The position numbers and the translations under genes are program-made. Below the pieces are notes generated by a model. The model was not told where the DNA came from. It did not search any database and saw nothing but the letters and a program-made list of their open reading frames with translations. A stretch of DNA of 64,000 nucleotides. Origin: Bacteroidota bacterium. GTDB taxonomy: Bacteria > Bacteroidota > Bacteroidia > UKL13-3. Shown piece after piece: positions 9,200-17,041 of this stretch. Every line of letters starts with the position of its first letter. Position 1 is the first letter of the stretch. The DNA lies in assembly GCA_027491355.1 (NCBI GenBank), contig JAIXWI010000015.1, forward strand, positions 34,588-98,587, written 5' to 3'.

Positions 9200-9583
9200 T
9201 GTAATATTTATCAACTTAGAATTGGGCGCAAGGGACTTAGTAACAATTTGGTTTCCTACTTGAACTACCAGCCTTGTTTCATGAATGGGAACCAGCACAT
9301 CTACATCGAAATGCTTTGATAAATCATGATTTTTTGAGAATAGGATATTGCCTTTGACATCTTTAATTGCAACAATCCCTATGCTATTTGCCTGTAAATT
9401 AGGCGTGTATTTAAATTGTATTTTTTGGTAGGTAGACCAATTAAAATCACTGGATACCTGCATTTTGTTAAATTCTGTGGCCCGTTGATTGCGCTGAACA
9501 ATGTCTAGCCTGTGTTTGTTACAAGATGCAACAAGCAATGCAATAGTAATTGTTGACAATGGTATCTTTTTGAAAATGGGCAT
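9194..9583 (-). CDS. small lipoprotein, uncharacterised family (paralog B of 1619..2008)
   Basis: 129 aa with lipobox (ALLVASC). Same length and motif order as 1619..2008, roughly 25% identity by eye. Convergent with the giant gene. Confidence 0.5.
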   Translation of the reverse strand: MPIFKKIPLSTITIALLVASCNKHRLDIVQRNQRATEFNKMQVSSDFNWSTYQKIQFKYTPNLQANSIGIVAIKDVKGNILFSKNHDLSKHFDVDVLVPIHETRLVVQVGNQIVTKSLAPNSKLINITP

Positions 9584-9642
9584 TCTGAATTTGGTTCAGA
9601 AACAAATTAAACAGATTTTAAATTGATATCAAAGTATCAAGA

Positions 9643-9670
9643 AGTAAAAAAAATCCCGGAGTACCGGGAT
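9643..9670 (-). terminator. rho-independent terminator of ferredoxin gene (minus strand)
   Basis: atcccgg-agta-ccgggat stem on the plus strand, preceded by A8. On the minus strand the stem is therefore followed by U8. The stem abuts the ferredoxin stop at 9670-9672. Confidence 0.45.
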
Positions 9671-10014
9671 TAAAGATGCATTCTGTTTTTCTTTTCCAAC
9701 AAGACCTCGTTGGTTTCAACATTGTCAGGATCCGGCACACAACAATCTACCGGGCATACAGCAGCACATTGGGGTTCTTCGTGAAATCCAACACACTCTG
9801 TACATTTAGAAGTTACAATGAAATAAGTATCATCGCTCTTTGGAGAAAATCTTTGGCTTACAGAAATGGCTTCACCATCAATATCAATGGTACCACTTAA
9901 GTTATTTCCATCCGCCCATGCCCACTCTGCACCAGCTTCATAAATTGCATTGTTTGGACATTCAGGCTCACATGCACCACAATTGATGCACTCATCAGTT
10001 ATCATTATTGCCAT
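9670..10014 (-). CDS. 4Fe-4S dicluster ferredoxin
   Basis: 114 aa with [12 protein letters not shown] and [24 protein letters not shown] cysteine motifs. Confidence 0.8.
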   Translation of the reverse strand: MAIMITDECINCGACEPECPNNAIYEAGAEWAWADGNNLSGTIDIDGEAISVSQRFSPKSDDTYFIVTSKCTECVGFHEEPQCAAVCPVDCCVPDPDNVETNEVLLEKKNRMHL

Positions 10015-10093
10015 AAAAAAAATATTAGGTTGAAATGTTCTGCAAGTTTAGTTTTGTTGGAGCAATCCAAAAAATAGAATTAATCTAAATAAT

Positions 10094-11107
10094 ATGAATT
10101 ATTCACAAAGGGTAGAGGCGTTGACATATTTGGGAGACATATTGGGCCAAATCAATGAAACAAATAGGGTACTGTACGATGCACAAGTTCAAAATGCTTG
10201 GTTTACCATTCCAAATCAGTTGCAGGCCATTGAACATTGGTCAAATTTGTTAAAAGCTGAAAAAATTAACATTTGGTTAGGGCAATATCCAATTTCAAAT
10301 GAGCAAATAGACAAGACGGTTGCTATTATCATGGCGGGCAACATTCCTTTGGTTGGTTTGCACGATTTAGTTTGTGCATTTGCCTGTGGCTTCAATTTAA
10401 TGATCAAGCCATCATCAGACGATACAGTTTTGATTGAATGGATTGTAGAATCATTGTATCAGAAATATCCTGAAACTTTGAATCTGATTCAAGTTGTTAA
10501 AGATAAAAAGTTAGTTGGTTTTGATTCTGTAATTGCAACAGGCAGTAACAATTCATTTAGGTATTTTGAATATTATTTTAGAGGTAAGCCAAGCTTACTC
10601 AGAAAAAACAGAAATAGCATTGCAGTTTTATCAGGCAACGAGTCAGACCAAGACCTAGATTTACTTTCAGACGATGTTTTGAGCTATTTCGGACTGGGTT
10701 GTCGCAATGTATCTAAAGTATTCATTCCAGAAGGTTATGACATAAAAAAACTTATCCAAAAGCTAGAAAAATATAACAATTACATTCATCACCATAAGTT
10801 TGCCAATAACTACACTTATCACAAAGCTATTTTTCTTTTAAACATGAATGAGCATTTAGATGCTGGTTTTTTAATCATCAAACAAGACGAAAAAAACACA
10901 GCGCCTATTGGTGTGCTATTTTATGATTTTTATAGAGAATTAAGCGATGTGAATGCATTCTTAAATGAACAACATGAGGCTGTTCAATGCATTGTTAGTA
11001 AATTAGCAATTGCTGGTGCAATACCATTTGGAAGTTCACAACAGCCTGGATTAGAAGTTTATGCAGACGGTATTGATACCATCTCTTTCTTATGTAATCA
11101 GGATTGA
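10094..11107 (+). CDS. LuxC-like acyl-CoA reductase family protein
   Basis: 337 aa. Length, N-terminal region and divergent pairing with a ferredoxin match the short Bacteroidota 'acyl-CoA reductase (LuxC)' family as I recall it. No catalytic motif was verified. Confidence 0.45.
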   Translation: MNYSQRVEALTYLGDILGQINETNRVLYDAQVQNAWFTIPNQLQAIEHWSNLLKAEKINIWLGQYPISNEQIDKTVAIIMAGNIPLVGLHDLVCAFACGFNLMIKPSSDDTVLIEWIVESLYQKYPETLNLIQVVKDKKLVGFDSVIATGSNNSFRYFEYYFRGKPSLLRKNRNSIAVLSGNESDQDLDLLSDDVLSYFGLGCRNVSKVFIPEGYDIKKLIQKLEKYNNYIHHHKFANNYTYHKAIFLLNMNEHLDAGFLIIKQDEKNTAPIGVLFYDFYRELSDVNAFLNEQHEAVQCIVSKLAIAGAIPFGSSQQPGLEVYADGIDTISFLCNQD

Positions 11108-11109
11108 TT

Positions 11110-12084
11110 TTACAGAATTTGATTCAAAATTTCAGCAGCCACTTGAACCATAGAGTTTGTTTGAGGTATATCAGGATTGATTTCTGTAAACTCAAGTGCA
11201 ACAACTTTTGAACTGCTCATTAAACATTTTAGTAATTCAATGGCCTCCATTTTACTCATACCTCCAGGAACAGGTGTGCCAGTACCTTCTGAAACACTAG
11301 GATCCATACTATCAACATCAAACGATACATAAATCAAATCACAAGCAGACAAATAATTTAAAGTTAGTTCGGCAATCTTAACTATTCCTATTTGCTTTCG
11401 ATCATCTGGCGTAAAATTTTTAATTTGCAACTCATTGATAATTGCCGCTTCCTCATTTTCAAAATCTCTTAATTCAATAAATACCAAGTTGTCGGGGCTG
11501 ATTTTAGGACTGATTTTACTATTGCCAATATGTAACAATTCATTCCATTTAGCCATTTCTAAATCCGTAAGTATATTCTTATCGGTTGGGTTGATTTGAA
11601 TTCCTAAAGACATGGCAAGAGGCATACCATGCATGTTTCCGGATGGCGTAGTTCCTGGATTGTGAAGGTCTGCATGTGCATCAATCCAAACTACACCTAT
11701 TTTTTTGTCAGGATAGGACTCTTTAACAGCGCTGATTCCCAAGTGTCCATTACTATGATCCCCACTGATAATTAAGTTGAAGCCGGATTCATTGGCAAAT
11801 ATTTCTTTGATAATGGCAATTGCCGACCCCTGTATTTCTAAAACTGTATCTATTCCTTTTGCATAGGGATGTAGTTGATGGTGGGTGGTATTGATTGGCT
11901 CAATAGAGGTGATAGGGTAATTGATATTACTGATATTCAAATGTTCGATGACAGCTTTAGGTCCTTTGCATGCCCCTTTTTTGCCTGCACCTATATCTGA
12001 TGAAATGGTAATGATATTGATATTGTTCACAAATCCTCCTAGGATGGTATGTTGCGAATATAAATCTTTGAGTTGTAAACTCAT
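11110..12084 (-). CDS. arginase-family ureohydrolase (agmatinase / formimidoylglutamase-like)
   Basis: 324 aa with the Mn-binding motifs of the arginase fold: IISGDHSNGH, VVWIDAHADLHNP and SFDVDSMDP. The agmatinase role is inferred from the neighbouring decarboxylase. Confidence 0.7.
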   Translation of the reverse strand: MSLQLKDLYSQHTILGGFVNNINIITISSDIGAGKKGACKGPKAVIEHLNISNINYPITSIEPINTTHHQLHPYAKGIDTVLEIQGSAIAIIKEIFANESGFNLIISGDHSNGHLGISAVKESYPDKKIGVVWIDAHADLHNPGTTPSGNMHGMPLAMSLGIQINPTDKNILTDLEMAKWNELLHIGNSKISPKISPDNLVFIELRDFENEEAAIINELQIKNFTPDDRKQIGIVKIAELTLNYLSACDLIYVSFDVDSMDPSVSEGTGTPVPGGMSKMEAIELLKCLMSSSKVVALEFTEINPDIPQTNSMVQVAAEILNQIL

Positions 12085-12179
12085 TGGTTGAAGATTGCTT
12101 TTAAATTGTAATTATTTTTTTACATGGTTTCATAGGTATATTTAACCGCATTAATTAACATTGTTGAAAATTTAAAAAA

Positions 12180-13586
12180 TTGAGCAAACCACATATCAAA
12201 AACAGGTATACTGATTTAATACATCAGACGTTTTTCTTTCCAAGACATGGATTTGAGGTGGCGAATAACCAGCTTTTTTTTCATGGATTAGACCTCATGA
12301 AATTGGTTGAAAAATATGGTTCCCCACTTAAGTTTACCTATTTACCCAAAATAGGCTCCCAAATTAACAAGGCAAGAGAATTGTTTGCCAACTCAATGAA
12401 AAAATACGATTACAGAGGGAGTTATAACTACTGTTATTGTACCAAAAGCTCTCATTTTAGCTTTGTATTGAACGAAGTATTGAAAAACGGTGTTGATATA
12501 GAAACTTCATCTGCTTTTGATTTAGACATTATCAAAACATTAGAAAAACAAGGCAAATTCAATAAAAACCAACACATAGTTTGTAATGGATTTAAAAACG
12601 AAGCTTATGTTTTAAAAATGAATGAGCTGGTTGCTGAAGGATTTCAAAACTTAACATGTGTACTAGACAATCCAGAAGAATTTGATTTAATAGAAAAAAT
12701 TGCAACTCAACCTATGCAAATAGGTATCAGAATTGCAACAGAAGAAGAACCAAATTTTTTAGTGTATACTTCAAGATTGGGGATGAGCTACAAAAAAGTA
12801 ATTGATTTGTATGAGAGTAGAATCAAAAATCACCCGTTTTTTAAACTTAAAATGGTTCATTTCTTTGTCAATTCAGGCATCAGAGATACAACCTATTATT
12901 GGAGTGAGTTAACAAGGTTGGTAAATTTGTATTGCGATTTGAAAGAAGTATGCACAGATTTAGAAATCCTTGATATTGGTGGAGGTATGCCTATTTACAC
13001 CTCTTTGGGAGTTGAATATGATTATGAATACATGATAGATCAAATTGTGTTTTCAATAAAAAATATTTGCGACAGTAGAGGCGTATTAGAACCAGCAATT
13101 TTCACTGAATTTGGGTCATTTACTGTAGGAGAAAGTGGCGGCGTATTGTATTCTATCATAGGAAAAAAAGAGCAAAATGATAAAGAAAATTGGTACATGA
13201 TAGACAGTTCCTTTATTACTACATTACCAGATACATGGGGTATAGGTCAAAAGTTTATCTTGCTTGCCGTTAACCAATGGGATCATGAATTTCAAAGAAT
13301 TAATTTAGGCGGATTAACCTGTGATAGTCAAGATTTTTATAACTCAGATACCAATACCAATCAGGTATTTATGCCAAAAATAAATAACAATGAACAATTG
13401 GTAATGGGCTTTTTCCATACAGGAGCTTATCAAGAGAGTTTAGGCGGATATGGTGGCATTCAACATTGTTTAATACCTGCACCTAAACACATCGTAATTG
13501 ACTTAAATGAAAGGGGAGAGCAAGAAATTTCAATATTTGCCGATGCACAAACTTCAGAAGGAATGTTGAAAATTTTGGGATATTGA
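12180..13586 (+). CDS. PLP-dependent (fold-III, Orn/DAP/Arg-type) decarboxylase, probable short-form arginine decarboxylase
   Basis: 468 aa. The size and the divergent pairing with an arginase-family gene match the Bacteroidota 465-470-aa speA-like family. Assignment is by overall pattern only. Confidence 0.55.
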   Translation: MSKPHIKNRYTDLIHQTFFFPRHGFEVANNQLFFHGLDLMKLVEKYGSPLKFTYLPKIGSQINKARELFANSMKKYDYRGSYNYCYCTKSSHFSFVLNEVLKNGVDIETSSAFDLDIIKTLEKQGKFNKNQHIVCNGFKNEAYVLKMNELVAEGFQNLTCVLDNPEEFDLIEKIATQPMQIGIRIATEEEPNFLVYTSRLGMSYKKVIDLYESRIKNHPFFKLKMVHFFVNSGIRDTTYYWSELTRLVNLYCDLKEVCTDLEILDIGGGMPIYTSLGVEYDYEYMIDQIVFSIKNICDSRGVLEPAIFTEFGSFTVGESGGVLYSIIGKKEQNDKENWYMIDSSFITTLPDTWGIGQKFILLAVNQWDHEFQRINLGGLTCDSQDFYNSDTNTNQVFMPKINNNEQLVMGFFHTGAYQESLGGYGGIQHCLIPAPKHIVIDLNERGEQEISIFADAQTSEGMLKILGY

Positions 13587-13619
13587 TTTCGATTGTTATA
13601 TTCGCACAAAATAAATGTT

Positions 13620-13760
13620 ATGGCTACTACCAGATTAAAAAGAAAAGACAGAAGAAATAAAGTAACCTCTGTATTGCGTAAGAACCGCATTAAAGTGAAC
13701 ACTCAACTTGTTAAGATCAAATCTCCTAACAAAGAACAAACTGTCATTATTGAAGACTAA
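13620..13760 (+). CDS. unannotated small ORF, 46 aa, highly basic (hypothetical)
   Basis: ATG at 13620. Translation is MATTRLKRKDRRNKVTSVLRKNRIKVNTQLVKIKSPNKEQTVIIED, ending in TAA at 13758-13760. It is below the ORF-track length cutoff and lies immediately before the terminator at 13785-13818. Confidence 0.25.
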   Translation: MATTRLKRKDRRNKVTSVLRKNRIKVNTQLVKIKSPNKEQTVIIED

Positions 13761-13784
13761 TTCAATAAACACCAATCGTATTTA

Positions 13785-13818
13785 ATAAAAAAAGGACTGA
13801 ATATTCAGTCCTTTTTTT
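13785..13818. terminator. bidirectional rho-independent terminator
   Basis: A7-ggactgaat|attcagtcc-T7 is a perfect palindrome. It sits between the small + ORF and the 3' end of tRNA-Leu on the minus strand. Confidence 0.5.
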
Positions 13819-13819
13819 G

Positions 13820-13903
13820 TGCCGTGAAGGAGACTCGAACTCCTATACCCTTGCGAGTACCACCCCCTCAAGATGGCGTGTCTACCAATTTCACCACCAC
13901 GGC
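13820..13903 (-). tRNA. tRNA-Leu (anticodon GAG)
   Basis: The reverse complement folds as a cloverleaf: GCCGTGGTGGTGAAATTGGTAGACACGCCATCTTGAGGGGGTGGTACTCGCAAGGGTATAGGAGTTCGAGTCTCCTTCACGGCA. It has a 7-bp acceptor stem, 3-bp D stem, anticodon loop TTGAGGG (anticodon GAG), a long variable arm, a GGAGTTCGAGTCTCC T-arm and discriminator A. No CCA is encoded. Confidence 0.85.
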
Positions 13904-13956
13904 AGCTATACAATGGTGCAAATATGACCAATATTCTTTTTAAAGCCAAACAAAGA

Positions 13957-14097
13957 TTAACGACCGGGCCTAATTAAACTTGAAACAAAGTCTAGAAAAG
14001 CTGTAAAACCATCTAATACCGACTGGAAATCAGTTACGAAGAATGTAATAATAAAAGTCACAAATAAAATCATTATTCCTCTGAGGATAATATCCAT
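13957..14097 (-). CDS. unannotated small ORF, 46 aa, single predicted TM helix (hypothetical)
   Basis: Translation is MDIILRGIMILFVTFIITFFVTDFQSVLDGFTAFLDFVSSLIRPGR. It is on the same strand as tRNA-Leu and immediately upstream of it. Confidence 0.25.
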   Translation of the reverse strand: MDIILRGIMILFVTFIITFFVTDFQSVLDGFTAFLDFVSSLIRPGR

Positions 14098-14164
14098 ACT
14101 TTTGGTTTTGTATTCAAACAAATATAAATTTAATTCATATAAGTATCAATTAGCATCAGCATTT

Positions 14165-15037
14165 ATGAACCAAACCATTCAAGCATTTGGAAAAAAATAC
14201 ACTTTCAATTCTAAAGGAGCAGAATTAGTTTCCGCAATTGATTCTGCAAGCGGGTATGAATTCATTTGGCAAGCGGACGCTGCTGTTTGGGCCAGACATG
14301 CACCAATATTGTTTCCAATAGTAGGAAAACTTAAAAATAATAGTTACCAACTAAATGGTAAAAAATTTGAACTCCCGCAACATGGTTTTGCCAGAGACGA
14401 AAGTTTTGAAATTCAAGAAATCTATACAGATTTGATAACATTCAAGCTTGTAAACAATACAAAAACCGAATCTGTTTACCCTTTTCAATTTTCACTTATG
14501 GTGAGTTACCGTGCTATTGAACTTGGAATAGAAATGGTAGTTAGCATTCAAAATAAAGGACAAGATCCTATGCCTTTTAGTTTTGGGCTTCATCCAGGAT
14601 TTCAATTGCCTGAGGCCAATTTAAACGCGTTTGAATTGTTTTCTGATTACCCCTTAAAATGGGAGCGTTCAGAAATTCAAGCAGGTTTATTGACTGGTAA
14701 AAAACAAATAGTTTCTGAATTAAGTGAAAACATTCGCTTAGATACAAATATTTTTAAAGACGATGCCCTTGTTTTTGAACATTTTCTTTCCAAAACCATA
14801 GGCTTGAAACACCTGAACTCAAATTATGAAGTTAAAATGGTTTCAGATGGTTTTAATTATTTAGGAATTTGGAATAAATTCCCCAGTCAAAACTTTGTTT
14901 GTATTGAGCCATGGGCAGGTATTACTGACAATACCGGGGCAATAGGAGACTTGTATCAAAAAAAAGGCATTCAAATTATAAAATGTCAGGAAATTAAGGA
15001 GTTTACTACCCTTATTACCTTGAAAGCGCCAAATTGA
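14165..15037 (+). CDS. aldose 1-epimerase family protein (LacX/GalM-like)
   Basis: The ORF track gives 14102..15037. The internal start MNQTIQAFGKK at 14165 gives ~290 aa, typical for this family. Motifs include PILFPIVGKLKNN and ELPQHGFARD. Confidence 0.55.
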   Translation: MNQTIQAFGKKYTFNSKGAELVSAIDSASGYEFIWQADAAVWARHAPILFPIVGKLKNNSYQLNGKKFELPQHGFARDESFEIQEIYTDLITFKLVNNTKTESVYPFQFSLMVSYRAIELGIEMVVSIQNKGQDPMPFSFGLHPGFQLPEANLNAFELFSDYPLKWERSEIQAGLLTGKKQIVSELSENIRLDTNIFKDDALVFEHFLSKTIGLKHLNSNYEVKMVSDGFNYLGIWNKFPSQNFVCIEPWAGITDNTGAIGDLYQKKGIQIIKCQEIKEFTTLITLKAPN

Positions 15038-15041
15038 GTTG

Positions 15042-15503
15042 TTATTTAAACAGTGAGCGTAATTTTTGCTCGCGGTATTCAAATATTTGTTTCACCTGAT
15101 TGTCTACAAATAACCAATGCAATAAAGGAGCTAGAAAATAGCCCTTAGATTGATACAAAATTGTATCAGTCATTCTTACACCTCCCTCAACTACCTCAAA
15201 CTTATGGGTATGAATCCATGTTGTATAAGGGCCAGATAGCTGCTTATCGGTGAACTCAAATGGCGGATTCCAGGAGCAAATTTCTGTTTTCCATCTCATA
15301 GGAATGAAACCTAACCTGATTTTATAATCAATCAATGCCCCTTTTTTTAAATGAATGGGCAGCGGTGTTAAAATGTTAAAATTTAAAGAGGGTGGAGTGA
15401 TTTCGTTTAAATTTTCAGCCTTACTAAAAAAATCAAATACTTTTTCCAAGGAGTGGGGAATGAAAGTAGTATAGGTCAATTGTTTTTCAAATTTCATATG
15501 CAT
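15042..15503 (-). CDS. SRPBCC (Bet v1/START/polyketide-cyclase-like) domain protein
   Basis: The track ORF is 15042..15587. I prefer the start MHMKFEKQLTYTTFIPHSLEKVFDFFSKAENLNEITPP, which is SRPBCC-like and ~153 aa. This choice leaves the ACATTTGTT motif cluster in the intergenic region. Confidence 0.5.
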   Translation of the reverse strand: MHMKFEKQLTYTTFIPHSLEKVFDFFSKAENLNEITPPSLNFNILTPLPIHLKKGALIDYKIRLGFIPMRWKTEICSWNPPFEFTDKQLSGPYTTWIHTHKFEVVEGGVRMTDTILYQSKGYFLAPLLHWLFVDNQVKQIFEYREQKLRSLFK

Positions 15504-15705
15504 AGTAACAAGTAACTGTTTGTTTTGTTTCTGACAAATTGACATTAATTTGTTATTTAAACAAATGTAAAGTTGTAGATGATACACCTAGAAATATGTT
15601 CATATACAACAGATTACCAATGAATTATAAATAGTTTTTTGATGCATTTATTAACCCCAATCACTTTACATTTGTTTATACTGTATTTAACATTTGTTTA
15701 CAATG

Positions 15706-15741
15706 AAAACATTTGTTAAGTTTGGACTTAACAAATGTTTT
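15706..15741. promoter_or_regulatory. 36-bp perfect palindrome (candidate operator), 15 nt upstream of the HTH gene start
   Basis: aaaacatttgttaag-tttgga-cttaacaaatgtttt. At least four further ACATTTGTT/AACAAATGT copies occur at 15560, 15668, 15690 and 15709. Confidence 0.4.
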
Positions 15742-15755
15742 AACTCACTGATAAC

Positions 15756-16220
15756 ATGAATACTAGCGATACAATCAACCAAAGGGTATTGAAAGTGATG
15801 GCGCTCAAGCAGCTGAGTAGGTCAGCTTTTGTTGCAATTTTAGAAACTTCACTACCTGTGCTTACGCACATCAGTACTGGAAGGAATAAGCCTGGTTTGG
15901 AGTTGATCCAAAAACTGATAGAAAAATTCCCTGATGTATCGCCAGATTGGTTATTAACTGGCAGAGGATCAATGCATAGAGAACTGCACGTTTTGCCATC
16001 ACTGGAAACTGAATTAAATCAACTCAATTCTTTAAAAGCAGAAATAAAAACTCAAATAAAAGCCATTTCACAAATTGAGCAATACCATAGGATATTGCTC
16101 AAGGAAATTAATTATCTTTCTGAATTACAAATCATTATAAACAACAATAACCAAGTCTCCAACCAGCACCTTCAAGATTTAGAAAACATTCAATTGTCCA
16201 TCAAGCAAAAAATGAAGTAA
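15756..16220 (+). CDS. XRE-type helix-turn-helix regulator with C-terminal coiled coil
   Basis: 154 aa. The N-terminal region ends in ...VSPDWLLTGRGSM, the Bacteroidota HTH_3/HTH_19 ending. The C-terminal half is Q/L/E-rich heptad-like sequence. Confidence 0.55.
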   Translation: MNTSDTINQRVLKVMALKQLSRSAFVAILETSLPVLTHISTGRNKPGLELIQKLIEKFPDVSPDWLLTGRGSMHRELHVLPSLETELNQLNSLKAEIKTQIKAISQIEQYHRILLKEINYLSELQIIINNNNQVSNQHLQDLENIQLSIKQKMK

Positions 16221-16324
16221 TACTTTAATTTGGCAAGTATAAATTTCTGATAAAAAGACACTTAAATAATTAAAAAACTTAAATTAGTTTATTAACTTAA
16301 AGCCTGTTCAGTAAATTTGTCAGC

Positions 16325-17041
16325 TTAATTTTTACTAGTTTTAAGTGACTGAATGTGCTGAATTCTTTTTCGAGTGTCTGGATGGGTAGATAAAAAAGTT
16401 GTCAGCTGGTTTGAATTGGTTTGTTCCATTTTTTTGAAAAATGAAATGAGCCCATCAGTATCAATTTGATTTGATTGCAACATATGAAAAGCAAATTCAT
16501 CTGCAGCCTGTTCATCTGATCTGCTAAATTTCAATTGAACCAACTCTAAACCTAAGCCCAGCCATGAGCTATTGATACCTAAAATACCTTCTAAAACAAA
16601 TTGAAAGCCATATTGCTGGATGATTTGTTGTAAACTGTGCCTGAGTTCTGCATGAGCAATTTCATGTGCTAAAACACCTGCAATTTCTGATGAATTGTCT
16701 GTAAGGTTGAGTAGTCCTGTATATACAAAAACATGTCCTCCAGGTAGGCAAAAAGCATTGACAGTACTGTCATCTTTGATAAAATGTATGTTCCATTTGA
16801 AATCTTTCTGGTGTAAGAGCATTTCAGATTGGGTCAATTTATCAAATTGCTGCTTGCATGCAAGCATTTTTTGATTGTTTCCAATGCTATCAATGAGTCT
16901 GTTTGCTTCCTCATTACAAACTTGTTGTTCTATCAATGCACCCAATTCCACATCTATTAAAGTAGGCATGTAACTCGCCAAATTTAATTGGCAAGATTCC
17001 AATAAAAATAAGCAAACTAAGAGTGTAATGCGATTTACCAA
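16325..17041 (-). CDS. M48-family zinc metallopeptidase (lipoprotein)
   Basis: HEIAHAELRH (HExxH) motif and an N-terminal signal ending in LLESC. Confidence 0.7.
   Translation of the reverse strand: MVNRITLLVCLFLLESCQLNLASYMPTLIDVELGALIEQQVCNEEANRLIDSIGNNQKMLACKQQFDKLTQSEMLLHQKDFKWNIHFIKDDSTVNAFCLPGGHVFVYTGLLNLTDNSSEIAGVLAHEIAHAELRHSLQQIIQQYGFQFVLEGILGINSSWLGLGLELVQLKFSRSDEQAADEFAFHMLQSNQIDTDGLISFFKKMEQTNSNQLTTFLSTHPDTRKRIQHIQSLKTSKN

Noticed and set aside
1619-9583. Possibility that the inverted lipoprotein paralogues mediate DNA inversion of the 7-kb segment (phase variation)
   Set aside because: Nucleotide similarity between the two copies is low (protein identity only ~25%). No recombinase gene or short inverted repeats were seen at the boundaries.
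13957-14097. Small hydrophobic ORF as SecE
   Set aside because: It lacks the N-terminal amphipathic/VxWP region and there is no nusG downstream. There is only superficial C-terminal resemblance.
13820-14101. tRNA-Leu as the attachment site of a genomic island
   Set aside because: There is no integrase, no direct repeat of the tRNA 3' end within the window, and the flanking genes are ordinary metabolic or regulatory genes.
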